Assembly: GCA_025464275.1 (NCBI GenBank)
Contig: JAODGR010000080.1
Span: 1 to 34,025, forward strand
Direction of reading: 5' to 3'
Source of the DNA: Methanosarcinales archaeon
GTDB lineage: Archaea > Halobacteriota > Syntropharchaeia > Alkanophagales > Methanospirareceae
DNA length: 34,025 nt
The notes below the pieces were generated by a model, which was not told the DNA's origin, searched no databases, and saw only the letters and a list, made by a program, of their open reading frames with translations. Positions 6,249 through 14,936 of the stretch are shown one piece after another. Both the position numbers and the translations under genes were made by a program. The stretch's first letter is position 1, and every line of letters starts with the position of its first letter.

Positions 6249-7825
6249 CATTCCTTCCTCTCCCCTGGTCCAATAGCAGCTGGCAGTTTATTCCTATTCC
6301 GCTCTCTCAGCCTCCTGAGCCAGATGTACAGCCCGAAGGATACTATCCCGAGCAGGATAATAATCAATAATCTACGTGCGAGCCAGAGGATGTATTCAAT
6401 ATTGAACCTGATTGATGGACCAGAGGCATTATTCCGCTTCTCCAGTGCGGTGGTGCTGTTGATATCGCCGGTGGATGCGGATGTGGATGTGGATGCGGGC
6501 AGTGGTGTCGGTATTGCTGTGCTGCCTGTTGTAGATGTGGGTGTGGATGTGGGTGTGGATGTGGATGGAGGTATGGATGGTGATGCAGGCGCGGGTGTGG
6601 GTGTAGCCGTAGCTGTAGCTGTGGCTTGCGTTCCCGTAGCCGGGACTATCTTGACGTACTCCCGGGAGGGTAACCATCGCGTCCTCGCCTCCTCAGGTGT
6701 CAGTACGAGATACATCTTATCATCCTCTCCTTCAACTCTGATCTCGCGTGCGCATCCAACGATTCGCCCCGCTCTGCCCACTATTATAATCCTGTCATCG
6801 GGTCTGAGATTGAACCCGAACCGGTCATCTACCAGCATCATATCATCATGCTCAATCTCATAGTGCCAGGGGCTCTCAACCACTACCACCCCATACCTTG
6901 TGGATAGTGCCCCTGAGCCAGCAGATGAGTTCATGGATTTCAGCCTGATGGTGTAGTTTGATAGCCCGTAGCCATGTTTTATCTCCTCCACCTTCGCTTC
7001 CAGGGTTATTGTATCGTTCGCATAGCTGTTGTCCCGGATGAACTCCTCATAGCTCAGGGCATATCTGCTCGGCGGTATCGGCACAGCGCCCAGACCGCGG
7101 CATTCCACACCGTCTGGAATACCATCTCCATCGGTATCCTCAGCCAGTGGGTCTGTTACAGCTCCATAAGAGCCAAATACCTCTTCTGAATCTGAGAGTC
7201 CATCATTGTCGGTATCACGCTCGGTGGGGTCGGTTTTATAGATATACACCTCGGCACCATCACTCAGACCATCATAATCGGAATCTGCGCGGGTAGGGTT
7301 CGTACCTCTGGATATCTCCTCACCGTCATCCAACCCGTCATAGTCCGTATCCGGGTTCGTGGGGTCCAGCCGGTAGTGGTACTTCCCCATCAATTTGAGT
7401 ATCTCCTCTGTATCGGTTATCTCTCGCATCTCGGTGGTATTCTCTATGTGGATGTACATACAGAGCTCCTCAAGGTCATTCAGCCCATCTCCATCGGTAT
7501 CCTCAGCCAGTGGGTCTGTATGGAATCCAAACATCCCGGTTGATTCCGCATAGTTCGATACACCATCATCGTCGGTATCATCATCCCAGGGGTCACTCTC
7601 TCTTTTATACTCCTGATAATTCGTCAATCCATTGTGGTTCACATCCACATTCGCATCCATAGCATTGTTGGGATTCAAGCCATGCTCCACCTCCCAGCCG
7701 TCTGGAATGCCATCGCAGTCCGTATCCCTGGATAGTGGATGCTGAGCAGCTGCAGCGGCAAGCGAAGCTAACAGAGCAATGCCGAGCAATGCTGAGAGCA
7801 GAATTTTAAACTTCAACTCCTGCAT
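6242..7825 (-). CDS. Secreted, membrane-anchored protein with thrombospondin type 3-like Ca-binding repeats, a Thr/Pro/Ser stalk and a C-terminal TM helix
   Basis: Signal peptide MQELKFKILLSALLGIALLASLAAAAA. At least 7 DxDxDGxxD units (DTDCDGIPD, DDTDDDGVSN, DTDGDGLND, DTDYDGLDD, DSDYDGLSD, DTDNDGLSD, DTDGDGIPD). ATATATATPTPAPASPSIPPSTSTPTSTPTSTT linker. Hydrophobic LLIIILLGIVSFGLYIWL followed by a basic tail. Confidence 0.8.
   Translation of the reverse strand: MQELKFKILLSALLGIALLASLAAAAAQHPLSRDTDCDGIPDGWEVEHGLNPNNAMDANVDVNHNGLTNYQEYKRESDPWDDDTDDDGVSNYAESTGMFGFHTDPLAEDTDGDGLNDLEELCMYIHIENTTEMREITDTEEILKLMGKYHYRLDPTNPDTDYDGLDDGEEISRGTNPTRADSDYDGLSDGAEVYIYKTDPTERDTDNDGLSDSEEVFGSYGAVTDPLAEDTDGDGIPDGVECRGLGAVPIPPSRYALSYEEFIRDNSYANDTITLEAKVEEIKHGYGLSNYTIRLKSMNSSAGSGALSTRYGVVVVESPWHYEIEHDDMMLVDDRFGFNLRPDDRIIIVGRAGRIVGCAREIRVEGEDDKMYLVLTPEEARTRWLPSREYVKIVPATGTQATATATATPTPAPASPSIPPSTSTPTSTPTSTTGSTAIPTPLPASTSTSASTGDINSTTALEKRNNASGPSIRFNIEYILWLARRLLIIILLGIVSFGLYIWLRRLRERNRNKLPAAIGPGERKEWE
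6471..6630. repeat. In-frame low-complexity hexamer array (gtggat / gtgggt / gtagct units) encoding the Thr/Pro/Ser/Ala stalk
   Basis: Visible DNA periodicity of 6 nt inside CDS 6242..7825. It also creates spurious repeat-peptide ORFs in other frames. Confidence 0.75.
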
Positions 7826-7914
7826 TTCAGGTGGGATGGAAAGAAAATGATACAGATAGTCATAAATTAGTTGCTCCTGATGAAATCCTTGTTGAATATA
7901 CAGGAATAATTTTT

Positions 7915-8322
7915 TTACCTTATGTAGAAGAATAAACTCTCATCTTCCTCTTCGTCTCCCTCTCCCTCTGCTCCTACGGTCGAGCCTGAGCCTTTTACCA
8001 TGGTTGCCACTACCTGAAGGAAATTCCGCTCCACCAGTCTTACCGCTTCTGCACTCAGGTTATCCGCTTTCTTTATCAGCTCACCTCTATGATTGTACAC
8101 CCTTATCGTACCCTCTTCCGGACTCGTCATCACCCTGTATATCCTACCGCTTGGCATTAGCCATGCCCAGATATTGACATTAACTTTAACATCCTCATCG
8201 TCTTCTTCTCCGCCGCTCGTGTTCCTCATATTCCTCATGTTCCCCATGTTCCTCATACTCCTGTTGGTCTTGAACCACCTAACCTGCTGTGGACGCACAT
8301 ATCCACCATATATTATTGACAC
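7915..8322 (-). CDS. Small hypothetical protein with an acidic C-terminal tail; start codon uncertain
   Basis: The ORF is open from 8322, but that start overlaps the upstream gene by 44 nt. In-frame ATGs lie at 8256, 8247, 8238 and 8229 (inside a 9-nt repeat) and at 8157 (MPSGRIYRV...). I recognise no family. Confidence 0.5.
   Translation of the reverse strand: MSIIYGGYVRPQQVRWFKTNRSMRNMGNMRNMRNTSGGEEDDEDVKVNVNIWAWLMPSGRIYRVMTSPEEGTIRVYNHRGELIKKADNLSAEAVRLVERNFLQVVATMVKGSGSTVGAEGEGDEEEDESLFFYIR
8221..8265. repeat. Four to five tandem 9-mers (RTTCCYCAT), each carrying an in-frame minus-strand ATG
   Basis: gttcctcat attcctcat gttccccat gttcctcat actcctgtt. On the minus strand this reads ATGAGGAAC-type units, giving MRNMGNMRNMRN. 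Confidence 0.8.
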
Positions 8323-8641
8323 AGATGATAGCAGACCAGATGGTGAGAGCGAGTAATGAAAGAGAAGCAGCTTTTCCCACTGCTCGCCTGGAATGCTCCC
8401 CCCTGGCGAGATAGTAAAGCGCGAGATATAGAGAGAGGAGAATAATCGGGATAAATACCTTCACATGGGGTAAAAGAGGGTGATAATAGAAGGGATTCAA
8501 CTCCTGGATGTTGCTCGATGCGGCAAGTGCAATCCTTGTGGTGAGCATGTCGGCGAGATTGAGGAAGAAATAGGGGATACTGTAAATTACCATTCTGGCA
8601 GGATAATCGCTCTGTTCATAATGCTCTCCTCCACTATTCAT
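8279..8641 (-). CDS. Small integral membrane protein (3-4 predicted TM helices), unknown function
   Basis: ATG 8641-8639. Hydrophobic segments IYSIPYFFLNLADMLTT, VKVFIPIILLSLYLALYYL and SLSLLALTIWSAIICV. It may belong to a DUF-type family of small archaeal/bacterial membrane proteins, but this is unverified. Confidence 0.6.
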   Translation of the reverse strand: MNSGGEHYEQSDYPARMVIYSIPYFFLNLADMLTTRIALAASSNIQELNPFYYHPLLPHVKVFIPIILLSLYLALYYLARGEHSRRAVGKAASLSLLALTIWSAIICVNNIWWICASTAG

Positions 8642-8662
8642 CCTGTGAGATACATTGGTTTT

Positions 8663-8675
8663 GGTATATAAAACC
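8663..8675 (-). promoter_or_regulatory. TATA box candidate for the membrane-protein gene (near-leaderless transcript)
   Basis: The minus strand reads GGTTTTATATACC, centred about 27 nt upstream of ATG 8641. The same GTTTTATATACC string recurs upstream of ftsZ. Confidence 0.4.
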
Positions 8676-8832
8676 TTTTTGGTTTTTTTATGCCTGAATC
8701 GCCTCTATTTGTGTTCTAATTGTCTAAAACAATTCAGTACGAGGTTATTCAACCCCTGAGGAGGGGATATATAAAAATGTTGCGGAACTGGTAAACAAAA
8801 TTTACAATATCAATAATGTATGTGGATGATAC

Positions 8833-10200
8833 TTACAGTTTGTATTCCCGACCCTCCTCCGGGGCGGTCACCTCCATATCTAAATCGCTCAGGAATCGTT
8901 TATACAGTTCAGGCTTATCGGTATGTACCAGGAATACCCTCCGTGGTCTTATCCGCTCGATGGTGTGCTTCAACTGGTATGGCAATGCATGCCCGGAGAC
9001 ATGGATGTGGTACTGTGGAACGCCAAATCGCTCGAGCCAGTTCAATAGCTTGGTGTAATCTATCTCCATCTCCTCGTTGAATGGCTCACTCTGGGAGAGT
9101 ATGTAGGTACTCCCCGGAGCCGGCTTTATCGCTATCAGTTCATTCATATCATAAAAGCTCGTTATCAATATCAGCTCCTCCTGCTGGTGCTCCACATCCT
9201 CTGCTGTTATCACATTGCTGTTAACCGATAGTAGCTCATCCTCCCAGGGCGAATATCGGCGCTTGTCCCTCCTGAATATCAGCACATCGGGATCATCGAG
9301 CGAGAAGATGGAGAGATGCGGGTCAGATTCGAGTGTGTGTAGCAGATATGCCTGTTTCATGGATATTGCAAGTCTGCGCCCGGTTGCCTTCGCTGCTTTA
9401 TAGAACGACCTCAAGCGGTCTATATCATTTATGGCGAACCCAGCCATCGATAACCCCCTGGTGTGCCCGATCACCTCTATAATCTTCGTCTCCACCTCCT
9501 TCTCACTTGATACCTTTGCATTCACGATGTTCGTACCTTCTATGATCAGTGCCTCCGGCTCTGACTCCATAGCGGCGGTGATGAACTCATCCGTCATCTC
9601 CTGCCTGGGACCATGCATTCTGAAATCGCCGGTATAAACTACGTTACCCGCTGTAGTCTCCAGTATAAGTCCGTAAGCACCGGGTACCGAATGGTCTACA
9701 TGTATCGGCTTAACAGGGATGGGGCACGGAGGTGGAGATCCGGTTCGGAAGGTGATGAACCTTTTGAATACGGTCATACCAGAGGATCTGGTGTACTTAG
9801 CAATCTGATAGCCAGAAATAACACTGGAACCGCTCAGTTCCCTTGCAAGTATTATCCCCTCCGTCGCTTCGCCACAGATGATGGGTATATCGTCCCGCAC
9901 ATACCTGATATACCCGTAATGGTCGAGGTGTGGATGAGAGAGCAGGATGGCATCAATCGGTGCGGGAGCTTCTACCTCCTCCTCCACCTCCGTTTTGTAT
10001 AGCCCCTTCAAAGGCGGCAGAATGCCAAGAGCCAGGAGGTGGTTCTCATTTCGTGGCTGTAAATACGGCGGTTCATAATATCTCCGCTCCTTCTCGAAGT
10101 TCATTCCAAAGTCGAGGAATATCCTGGTGGTGCCATCCTCGAGCAGGACCTTGTTACCCCCTATCTCACCGACACCGCCGTAAAAAGTGAGTCCTGTCAC
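8833..10200 (-). CDS. rnj: Archaeal RNase J-like beta-CASP metallo-beta-lactamase ribonuclease
   Basis: N-terminus FYGGVGEIGGNKVLLED. HxHxDH motif SHPHLDHYG. About 450 aa, as in archaeal RNase J. GTG start 10200-10198 forms a GTGA overlap with the upstream stop. Confidence 0.75.
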   Translation of the reverse strand: MTGLTFYGGVGEIGGNKVLLEDGTTRIFLDFGMNFEKERRYYEPPYLQPRNENHLLALGILPPLKGLYKTEVEEEVEAPAPIDAILLSHPHLDHYGYIRYVRDDIPIICGEATEGIILARELSGSSVISGYQIAKYTRSSGMTVFKRFITFRTGSPPPCPIPVKPIHVDHSVPGAYGLILETTAGNVVYTGDFRMHGPRQEMTDEFITAAMESEPEALIIEGTNIVNAKVSSEKEVETKIIEVIGHTRGLSMAGFAINDIDRLRSFYKAAKATGRRLAISMKQAYLLHTLESDPHLSIFSLDDPDVLIFRRDKRRYSPWEDELLSVNSNVITAEDVEHQQEELILITSFYDMNELIAIKPAPGSTYILSQSEPFNEEMEIDYTKLLNWLERFGVPQYHIHVSGHALPYQLKHTIERIRPRRVFLVHTDKPELYKRFLSDLDMEVTAPEEGREYKL

Positions 10201-10709
10201 CTCTCAACCATCCCCCTCGCTCTCCGTGATTTGATATACGCAATCAGTCCACCACTTGCCAGCAGTTGCTGCATGAATTCTGGCAGAGGTTTGAACCTGT
10301 ATTCCACTCCTCTCTTTAGGTCTGTTATCACTCCTGTATCAAAACTTATCTTCAGCTCATCCCCATCCTCTATCCGCTCGTAGAAGTCACTCTCCACCTC
10401 TATCACCGGCAGACCGATGTTTATGGCGTTTCTGAAGAATATCCGTGCGAAGCTCTTTGCAATTACAGCGCGTATACCGGCGCCGAGTAATGCCCGTGGT
10501 GCATGCTCACGCGAGCTACCACACCCGAAATTGGCACCTGCTACGATTATATCGCCTTCTTGCACCTCCTCACTGAATTCCGGACGCACCTTTGCGAAGG
10601 CATGTTTAGCTAACTCCTTCGCATCACCTGTGGTAAGATATTCCGCCGGTATTATCTGATCGGTATCTATATCATTACCGAATTTCCATACCCTCATACC
10701 TTCATACAA
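10197..10709 (-). CDS. Aconitase-family small subunit (3-isopropylmalate / homoaconitate dehydratase, LeuD/HacB-like)
   Basis: VWKFGNDIDTDQIIPAEYL and GANFGCGSSREHA signatures. The substrate-loop sequence YLTTGD does not let me choose LeuD or HacB. The longest ORF starts at TTG 10709; ATG 10697 (MRVWKF) is more likely. Confidence 0.8.
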   Translation of the reverse strand: MYEGMRVWKFGNDIDTDQIIPAEYLTTGDAKELAKHAFAKVRPEFSEEVQEGDIIVAGANFGCGSSREHAPRALLGAGIRAVIAKSFARIFFRNAINIGLPVIEVESDFYERIEDGDELKISFDTGVITDLKRGVEYRFKPLPEFMQQLLASGGLIAYIKSRRARGMVER

Positions 10710-10764
10710 GTGCTATTTCTTATTCTTATTAATTAAAATTAAAGGTTAAGTTAAGAAAGAACGG

Positions 10765-11388
10765 GTGAGCACGGGGGCACGGGTAAGAACAAGGGTGAAG
10801 AAGATGGTAGAAGGAGAATTCTCGGTAAGTGAATACCTGTATTCGCTCAGATTGTATATCCTCTTTGTATTCGCTTTTTTCATATGTTCCGCACTCATCG
10901 GGTACCTTGGCTTTCTTAACGGGCTATTCAATACAGCTATGAGCTGGATAGAACAGCTGAGCGAGAATGTGAAGGATTTCAGCGATTCTTACCCCATCGG
11001 TGTCACATTCCTCCTGTTCTTCTTCGTGATATTACTCAATAACGCCTTCACATGCTTCATTGATATCCTGCTTGGACCTTTAGCAGGTATATTCCCGCTG
11101 TTCTCTGATTTCGTCAATGGAGGGCTTGTGGGCTGGTTTGCACAGAAGGAAGGATTGATCATCCTCATAGGGATCATTCCGCACGGGATATTCGAGATAC
11201 CGGCGTTCCTGATATCAGCAGCAATTGGAGTGAGACTGGGGCGTGAAGTATTCAGAAGAAGGGGGGAGAGGGATGTGAGAGGTGAATTGGGGAAGGGTCT
11301 AAAGGTGTTCCTCATCCTTGTATTACCGCTTCTCGTGATTGCTGCCGTTATTGAATCGCTTTTAATCACGATATCGCTACAGATCTGA
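10765..11388 (+). CDS. SpoIIM-family (DUF95) integral membrane protein
   Basis: The IIPHGIFEIPAFLISAAIG signature is typical of the stage II sporulation protein M family. Multiple TM helices. ATG 10804 (MVEGEF...) is probably the true start, not GTG 10765. Confidence 0.7.
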   Translation: MSTGARVRTRVKKMVEGEFSVSEYLYSLRLYILFVFAFFICSALIGYLGFLNGLFNTAMSWIEQLSENVKDFSDSYPIGVTFLLFFFVILLNNAFTCFIDILLGPLAGIFPLFSDFVNGGLVGWFAQKEGLIILIGIIPHGIFEIPAFLISAAIGVRLGREVFRRRGERDVRGELGKGLKVFLILVLPLLVIAAVIESLLITISLQI

Positions 11389-11395
11389 GGCAGAG

Positions 11396-12082
11396 ATGAG
11401 AGTTCAGGAAGGTGTGTACTGGTACAGGGAGAAGGGACCGTTTGATGCGAATACATACGTGATAGAGGATGAGCTCACACTCATGATAGACCCCGGGTTG
11501 CGGGATTATCTCAAACTGCGACTTGAGGAGATGGAGAGGGACAATATGAGCATGGAGAGAGTGGATATTGTGATGATTACCCATCTTCATCCAGACCATT
11601 ACGATGCAGTAGCGGTTCTGAAGGAGAACTACGACCTCAGGGTGGCATTGCACACATCGCAACTGGCATATCTGGAGCCCATGATAGAGGAAGCAGCGAG
11701 GTTCTTCGGTATGCCTGCCCGCTCCAGACTCGCGTTCTGTGCGGATATGGAGATAAAGGATGTGCTGAGATTAGGGGACCGGCATGAATTGCAGGTCATC
11801 CACACACCCGGGCATTCACCGGATAGTATATGCCTGTATTCACCCGGTGGGAAGTTCCTGGTCTCGGGCGACCTGGTGTTTGAGCATGGTGTGGGTAGGA
11901 CGGACCTGCCTTTCGGTAACGAAGAAGAGCTTATAAGATCCATCCACCGGATATCGCTACTGGAGACCGAGCTGCTACTCACAGGTCATGGTAGCATCAT
12001 AAAAGGGCGGGCTGGTATAGCGAGTAATTATGAATTCATAAGAAGCTTCTATGGCTATGGCGATAACCTCCGCCAGACATAA
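11396..12082 (+). CDS. MBL-fold metallo-hydrolase (glyoxalase II-like)
   Basis: THLHPDHYD (HxHxDH) and HTPGHSPDS motifs. 8 nt after the SpoIIM-like gene. Confidence 0.8.
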   Translation: MRVQEGVYWYREKGPFDANTYVIEDELTLMIDPGLRDYLKLRLEEMERDNMSMERVDIVMITHLHPDHYDAVAVLKENYDLRVALHTSQLAYLEPMIEEAARFFGMPARSRLAFCADMEIKDVLRLGDRHELQVIHTPGHSPDSICLYSPGGKFLVSGDLVFEHGVGRTDLPFGNEEELIRSIHRISLLETELLLTGHGSIIKGRAGIASNYEFIRSFYGYGDNLRQT

Positions 12083-12690
12083 AAGAACCGCTGTATAGCG
12101 GTGAAATTACACAGAACAGCGAATATAAGGATGCTCCAGCCAAGGAAGGAGTAGCCGAGGATGCGGTAATGATGCGGGTACAGCCATGTGAGGATGGTTG
12201 CACCGATTATAAGCAATAGTCTGTCTGCTCTGCCCATAATGCCACCGTATATCCGCCCAAGACCCACTGCCTGCGCCTGCGTGCCCATGTATGAGGTGAG
12301 GAGTATCCCAATGATCGCCAGCAAACCCGTCTCCCAGTTCACATAGCCACCAAAGATGATACCACAGATGATGAACATGTCCGCATAACGGTCAATCACG
12401 TGGTCGAGGAAATCACCCCTTTTACTCGCAATGCCCGCCTCACGTGCCAGAACACCGTCAATGGCATCCAGAACTGCATTTATAGCTACAAAGATACCGG
12501 CAACTAACAGGAGTGGATGGTCACCTCTGAGTCCAGCAATGAAGAAGAATAATCCGGCGATAGCAGCAGAGAGCAGAGCAAGGAGTGATAGCATATCCGG
12601 AGAGATGCCTGTTGCAGCGATGAGTTTCGCTATCTTCCTCGATAACCCACAGTTATTCACAACAGGACGGAGTAAGGAATCGATGGTCAT
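12055..12690 (-). CDS. CDP-alcohol phosphatidyltransferase (archaeal lipid head-group synthase; possibly archaetidylinositol-phosphate synthase)
   Basis: Complete D-G-x2-A-R-x8-G-x3-D-x3-D motif in DAIDGVLAREAGIASKRGDFLDHVIDRYAD. Polytopic membrane protein. The substrate assignment is an inference. Confidence 0.8.
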   Translation of the reverse strand: MTIDSLLRPVVNNCGLSRKIAKLIAATGISPDMLSLLALLSAAIAGLFFFIAGLRGDHPLLLVAGIFVAINAVLDAIDGVLAREAGIASKRGDFLDHVIDRYADMFIICGIIFGGYVNWETGLLAIIGILLTSYMGTQAQAVGLGRIYGGIMGRADRLLLIIGATILTWLYPHHYRILGYSFLGWSILIFAVLCNFTAIQRFFYVWRRLSP

Positions 12691-12720
12691 TTCACCGTTG
12701 TAATATGATATACAAACATT

Positions 12721-12740
12721 TCAAAAGGCTTAAAAAAGCC
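12721..12740 (-). terminator. Hairpin plus T-run downstream of atpI
   Basis: The minus strand reads GGCTT-TTTT-AAGCC followed by TTTTGA. It sits 14 nt after the atpI stop and upstream of a TATA-like TTTGTATAT for the next gene. Confidence 0.35.
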
Positions 12741-12753
12741 AACTCCCAGTAGA

Positions 12754-14925
12754 CTAACTCTGCCCGCGGAGCTTGAATGGTGAAAATTCGTGCCCGCCAC
12801 CCTCGTAGAATTTCGTGAACCATTCATAGAAATGCAGCCTGATGGTATGTATACCTGCCATTATCGACTCGAGGAGTATCACCAGTACCGTTCCGAATAG
12901 GAATACCACCGCTGCCATCACCGTCCCCAGTACCGGGATCTGTATCTTCAGGCACATGAAGGTAAAGATGAGGAAGACCTCAATCAGAGCAGCATGACAG
13001 AGTGCAAGCGCGAGAATCCTGCCATAAGAGACGGTATTTGCGAGAAACCTGAAGAAATTCTCCAGCAATGCATCTATAATACCACCGATGAGTATGATCA
13101 GATAATCCATAGCCCCCCTCTCAGCTTCACCACCTTCATGCCTCAACTCCTCCACCACCTTCAGTATGAAGAGTGAGACGATGGGCAAGAGCACGAAGAT
13201 GGTTGCGTTTCTCATCAGCACCGCCGTATTACCCTCCTCCAGCTCCTTGAAATAGAACCCGAAGAGTACCAGCAAGAAGTAAAGGGCACCACCCAAACAC
13301 CATATCTTCATCAGTCCGGCTATCGCTTCCTCTATCTTCTTGGCTCGAACCTGTGTTGTCACATTCAGTATCAGTCCAAGCCCCATGTGCATCGTGCCTA
13401 TCAGAAGGGTGATGACAAAGAAGAGCCTGGGCTGCTCAATGGGCTCAATTGGTGGATGCTTAATGATAATAAGCCATTCTGGGACGTGCATCCCCACAGA
13501 ATCATGAATGAGCTCCTTCGCATACGAACTGAACCCGAAGAATTCACCGAACAGTGCACCCGTAACGAGTGAACAGAATCCGCATAACAGTATAATCACA
13601 CCCATATCACGCATCTCCTCCCCCAACCCCCTGAGACGGGTCAATGCAAGACCCAGGAGCATCAGTATGAAGCCATGCCCTATATCAGGGAACATGAGCC
13701 CGAAGACGATGGGGAAGATGATCGCGGTGATGAGTGTGGGGTCGATATCGCGGTAGAGGGGATGTCCATACAGCTTGATGACCGATTCAAACGACTTTAT
13801 CCATCTCGGATTTCGTAACAGTGAGGGCACTCGCACATCCTCGCGCTCGGGCTTCCTCGCTTCCACTATGGATAACCCGCCCGTCTCAGCCCTCACTCCT
13901 GCGATTACCTCCTCCACCTTCTCCTCGGGCGTCCAGCCCTCAATCACGCGTGCACGTTCACTCTGCCCGAAGAGCGCTTTTACCCTCGCCTTGTTCTCCT
14001 CCATCTGGACAATCTCGCGCATTGCCACCAGCTCATCGAATCTCGATTCCCTCAGCCCCTCCATCTCGCGTTCTTTATCCTCTATATTCTGCCGCAGGGT
14101 TCTTAGCTTCGCGTTGGCACCCTCTATTGCCTCTATGGTACTCTTACAGGGGATATCAATATCTGCCGGATGCCAGTAATCGAAGTTCAGCCGTGTGAGC
14201 ACTTTCTCCACTTCATTACTCTCGCGTTTCATGGCGATGACAATGGTAAATACGGTTTCTTCTGCATGCCTCCCCGTGATGACAAAGTGCCGTTCACCGA
14301 CTGCACTCTCAAGAGCATCCTCCAGCTCTCCTAAATTCGCAATCGGCAGTCTACCAGCGAAGACGGATATGAAATATTTATCTCCCACGAAATCAGGTTC
14401 CAGCCCTAAATCCTTGAATTCCTTTAATACCCCCAGTAATTCCTCTGTATCCCTGTACTTCTCCCTCAGCTCCGTAATCTCATCTGATAACCGGAGCACC
14501 TTCTTCTCCAGCTCACCGAACTCCGCCTCTATCTCACCCAGGCTCCTATCACCCCACTCGCTTTGCTCCACGCTCTCCATTGCCCCTCGCTCATGAGTAT
14601 GAGTACCGCTCGCACCACCGAACAGCCTCTCCTTCAAGCTCTTACGCCTATCTCGACGCTCTGACTCACGCTCTGAGTGTGACTGTGAGTGTGAGTGTAA
14701 CTGTAAGAGAGAGAGGAGGGAATCCATCCGCGTCAGGAGTTCGGATGTCTTCATCAATATCGGGTCCGCTTTTGATGGCTCTATAAGCCCCTCCCAGTCA
14801 TCCATAAACTCCTTTATGTCTGTGAGATGAACGGAGCCAAGCGCATCAATCCGCTTGATCACCCTGTCTAAATCTTCATCCAGAGTGATTATACGCAGCT
14901 CCCGCATCTCCACCGGTCTCAACAT
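12754..14925 (-). CDS. atpI: A-type (V-type) ATP synthase subunit I, stand-alone copy
   Basis: 723 aa. The N-terminal cytoplasmic domain starts MLRPVEMRELRIITL. The C-terminal polytopic domain carries the conserved Arg in VSYGRILALAL and the tail RLHFYEWFTKFYEGGGHEFSPF. No other ATPase subunit gene is adjacent. Confidence 0.85.
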   Translation of the reverse strand: MLRPVEMRELRIITLDEDLDRVIKRIDALGSVHLTDIKEFMDDWEGLIEPSKADPILMKTSELLTRMDSLLSLLQLHSHSQSHSERESERRDRRKSLKERLFGGASGTHTHERGAMESVEQSEWGDRSLGEIEAEFGELEKKVLRLSDEITELREKYRDTEELLGVLKEFKDLGLEPDFVGDKYFISVFAGRLPIANLGELEDALESAVGERHFVITGRHAEETVFTIVIAMKRESNEVEKVLTRLNFDYWHPADIDIPCKSTIEAIEGANAKLRTLRQNIEDKEREMEGLRESRFDELVAMREIVQMEENKARVKALFGQSERARVIEGWTPEEKVEEVIAGVRAETGGLSIVEARKPEREDVRVPSLLRNPRWIKSFESVIKLYGHPLYRDIDPTLITAIIFPIVFGLMFPDIGHGFILMLLGLALTRLRGLGEEMRDMGVIILLCGFCSLVTGALFGEFFGFSSYAKELIHDSVGMHVPEWLIIIKHPPIEPIEQPRLFFVITLLIGTMHMGLGLILNVTTQVRAKKIEEAIAGLMKIWCLGGALYFLLVLFGFYFKELEEGNTAVLMRNATIFVLLPIVSLFILKVVEELRHEGGEAERGAMDYLIILIGGIIDALLENFFRFLANTVSYGRILALALCHAALIEVFLIFTFMCLKIQIPVLGTVMAAVVFLFGTVLVILLESIMAGIHTIRLHFYEWFTKFYEGGGHEFSPFKLRGQS
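14657..14716. repeat. In-frame (GTGAGT/GTGACT/GAGAGA)-type microsatellite inside atpI
   Basis: cgctctgactcacgctctgagtgtgactgtgagtgtgagtgtaactgtaagagagagagg encodes LHSHSQSHSERESERR in the N-terminal domain. Confidence 0.75.
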
Positions 14926-14936
14926 CTCTCCACTCC

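Noticed and set aside
6324-6863. 179-aa plus-strand ORF and the 82-aa HTHIHTHIH-repeat ORF (6429..6677)
   Set aside because: These are alternative-frame or antisense readings of the hexamer-repeat DNA that encodes the Thr/Pro stalk of the surface protein.
7826-7914. Possible C/D-box sRNA (ctgatga at about 7877-7883)
   Set aside because: There is only one imperfect C-box-like element. I found no properly spaced D, C' or D' boxes or terminal stem on either strand.
13775-14786. Several 60-134-aa plus-strand Ser/Pro-rich ORFs
   Set aside because: They are antisense to atpI, which has clear family signatures.
12754-14925. A complete A-type ATP synthase operon
   Set aside because: Only subunit I is present. 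The neighbouring genes are a lipid synthase and an FrhB-like gene.
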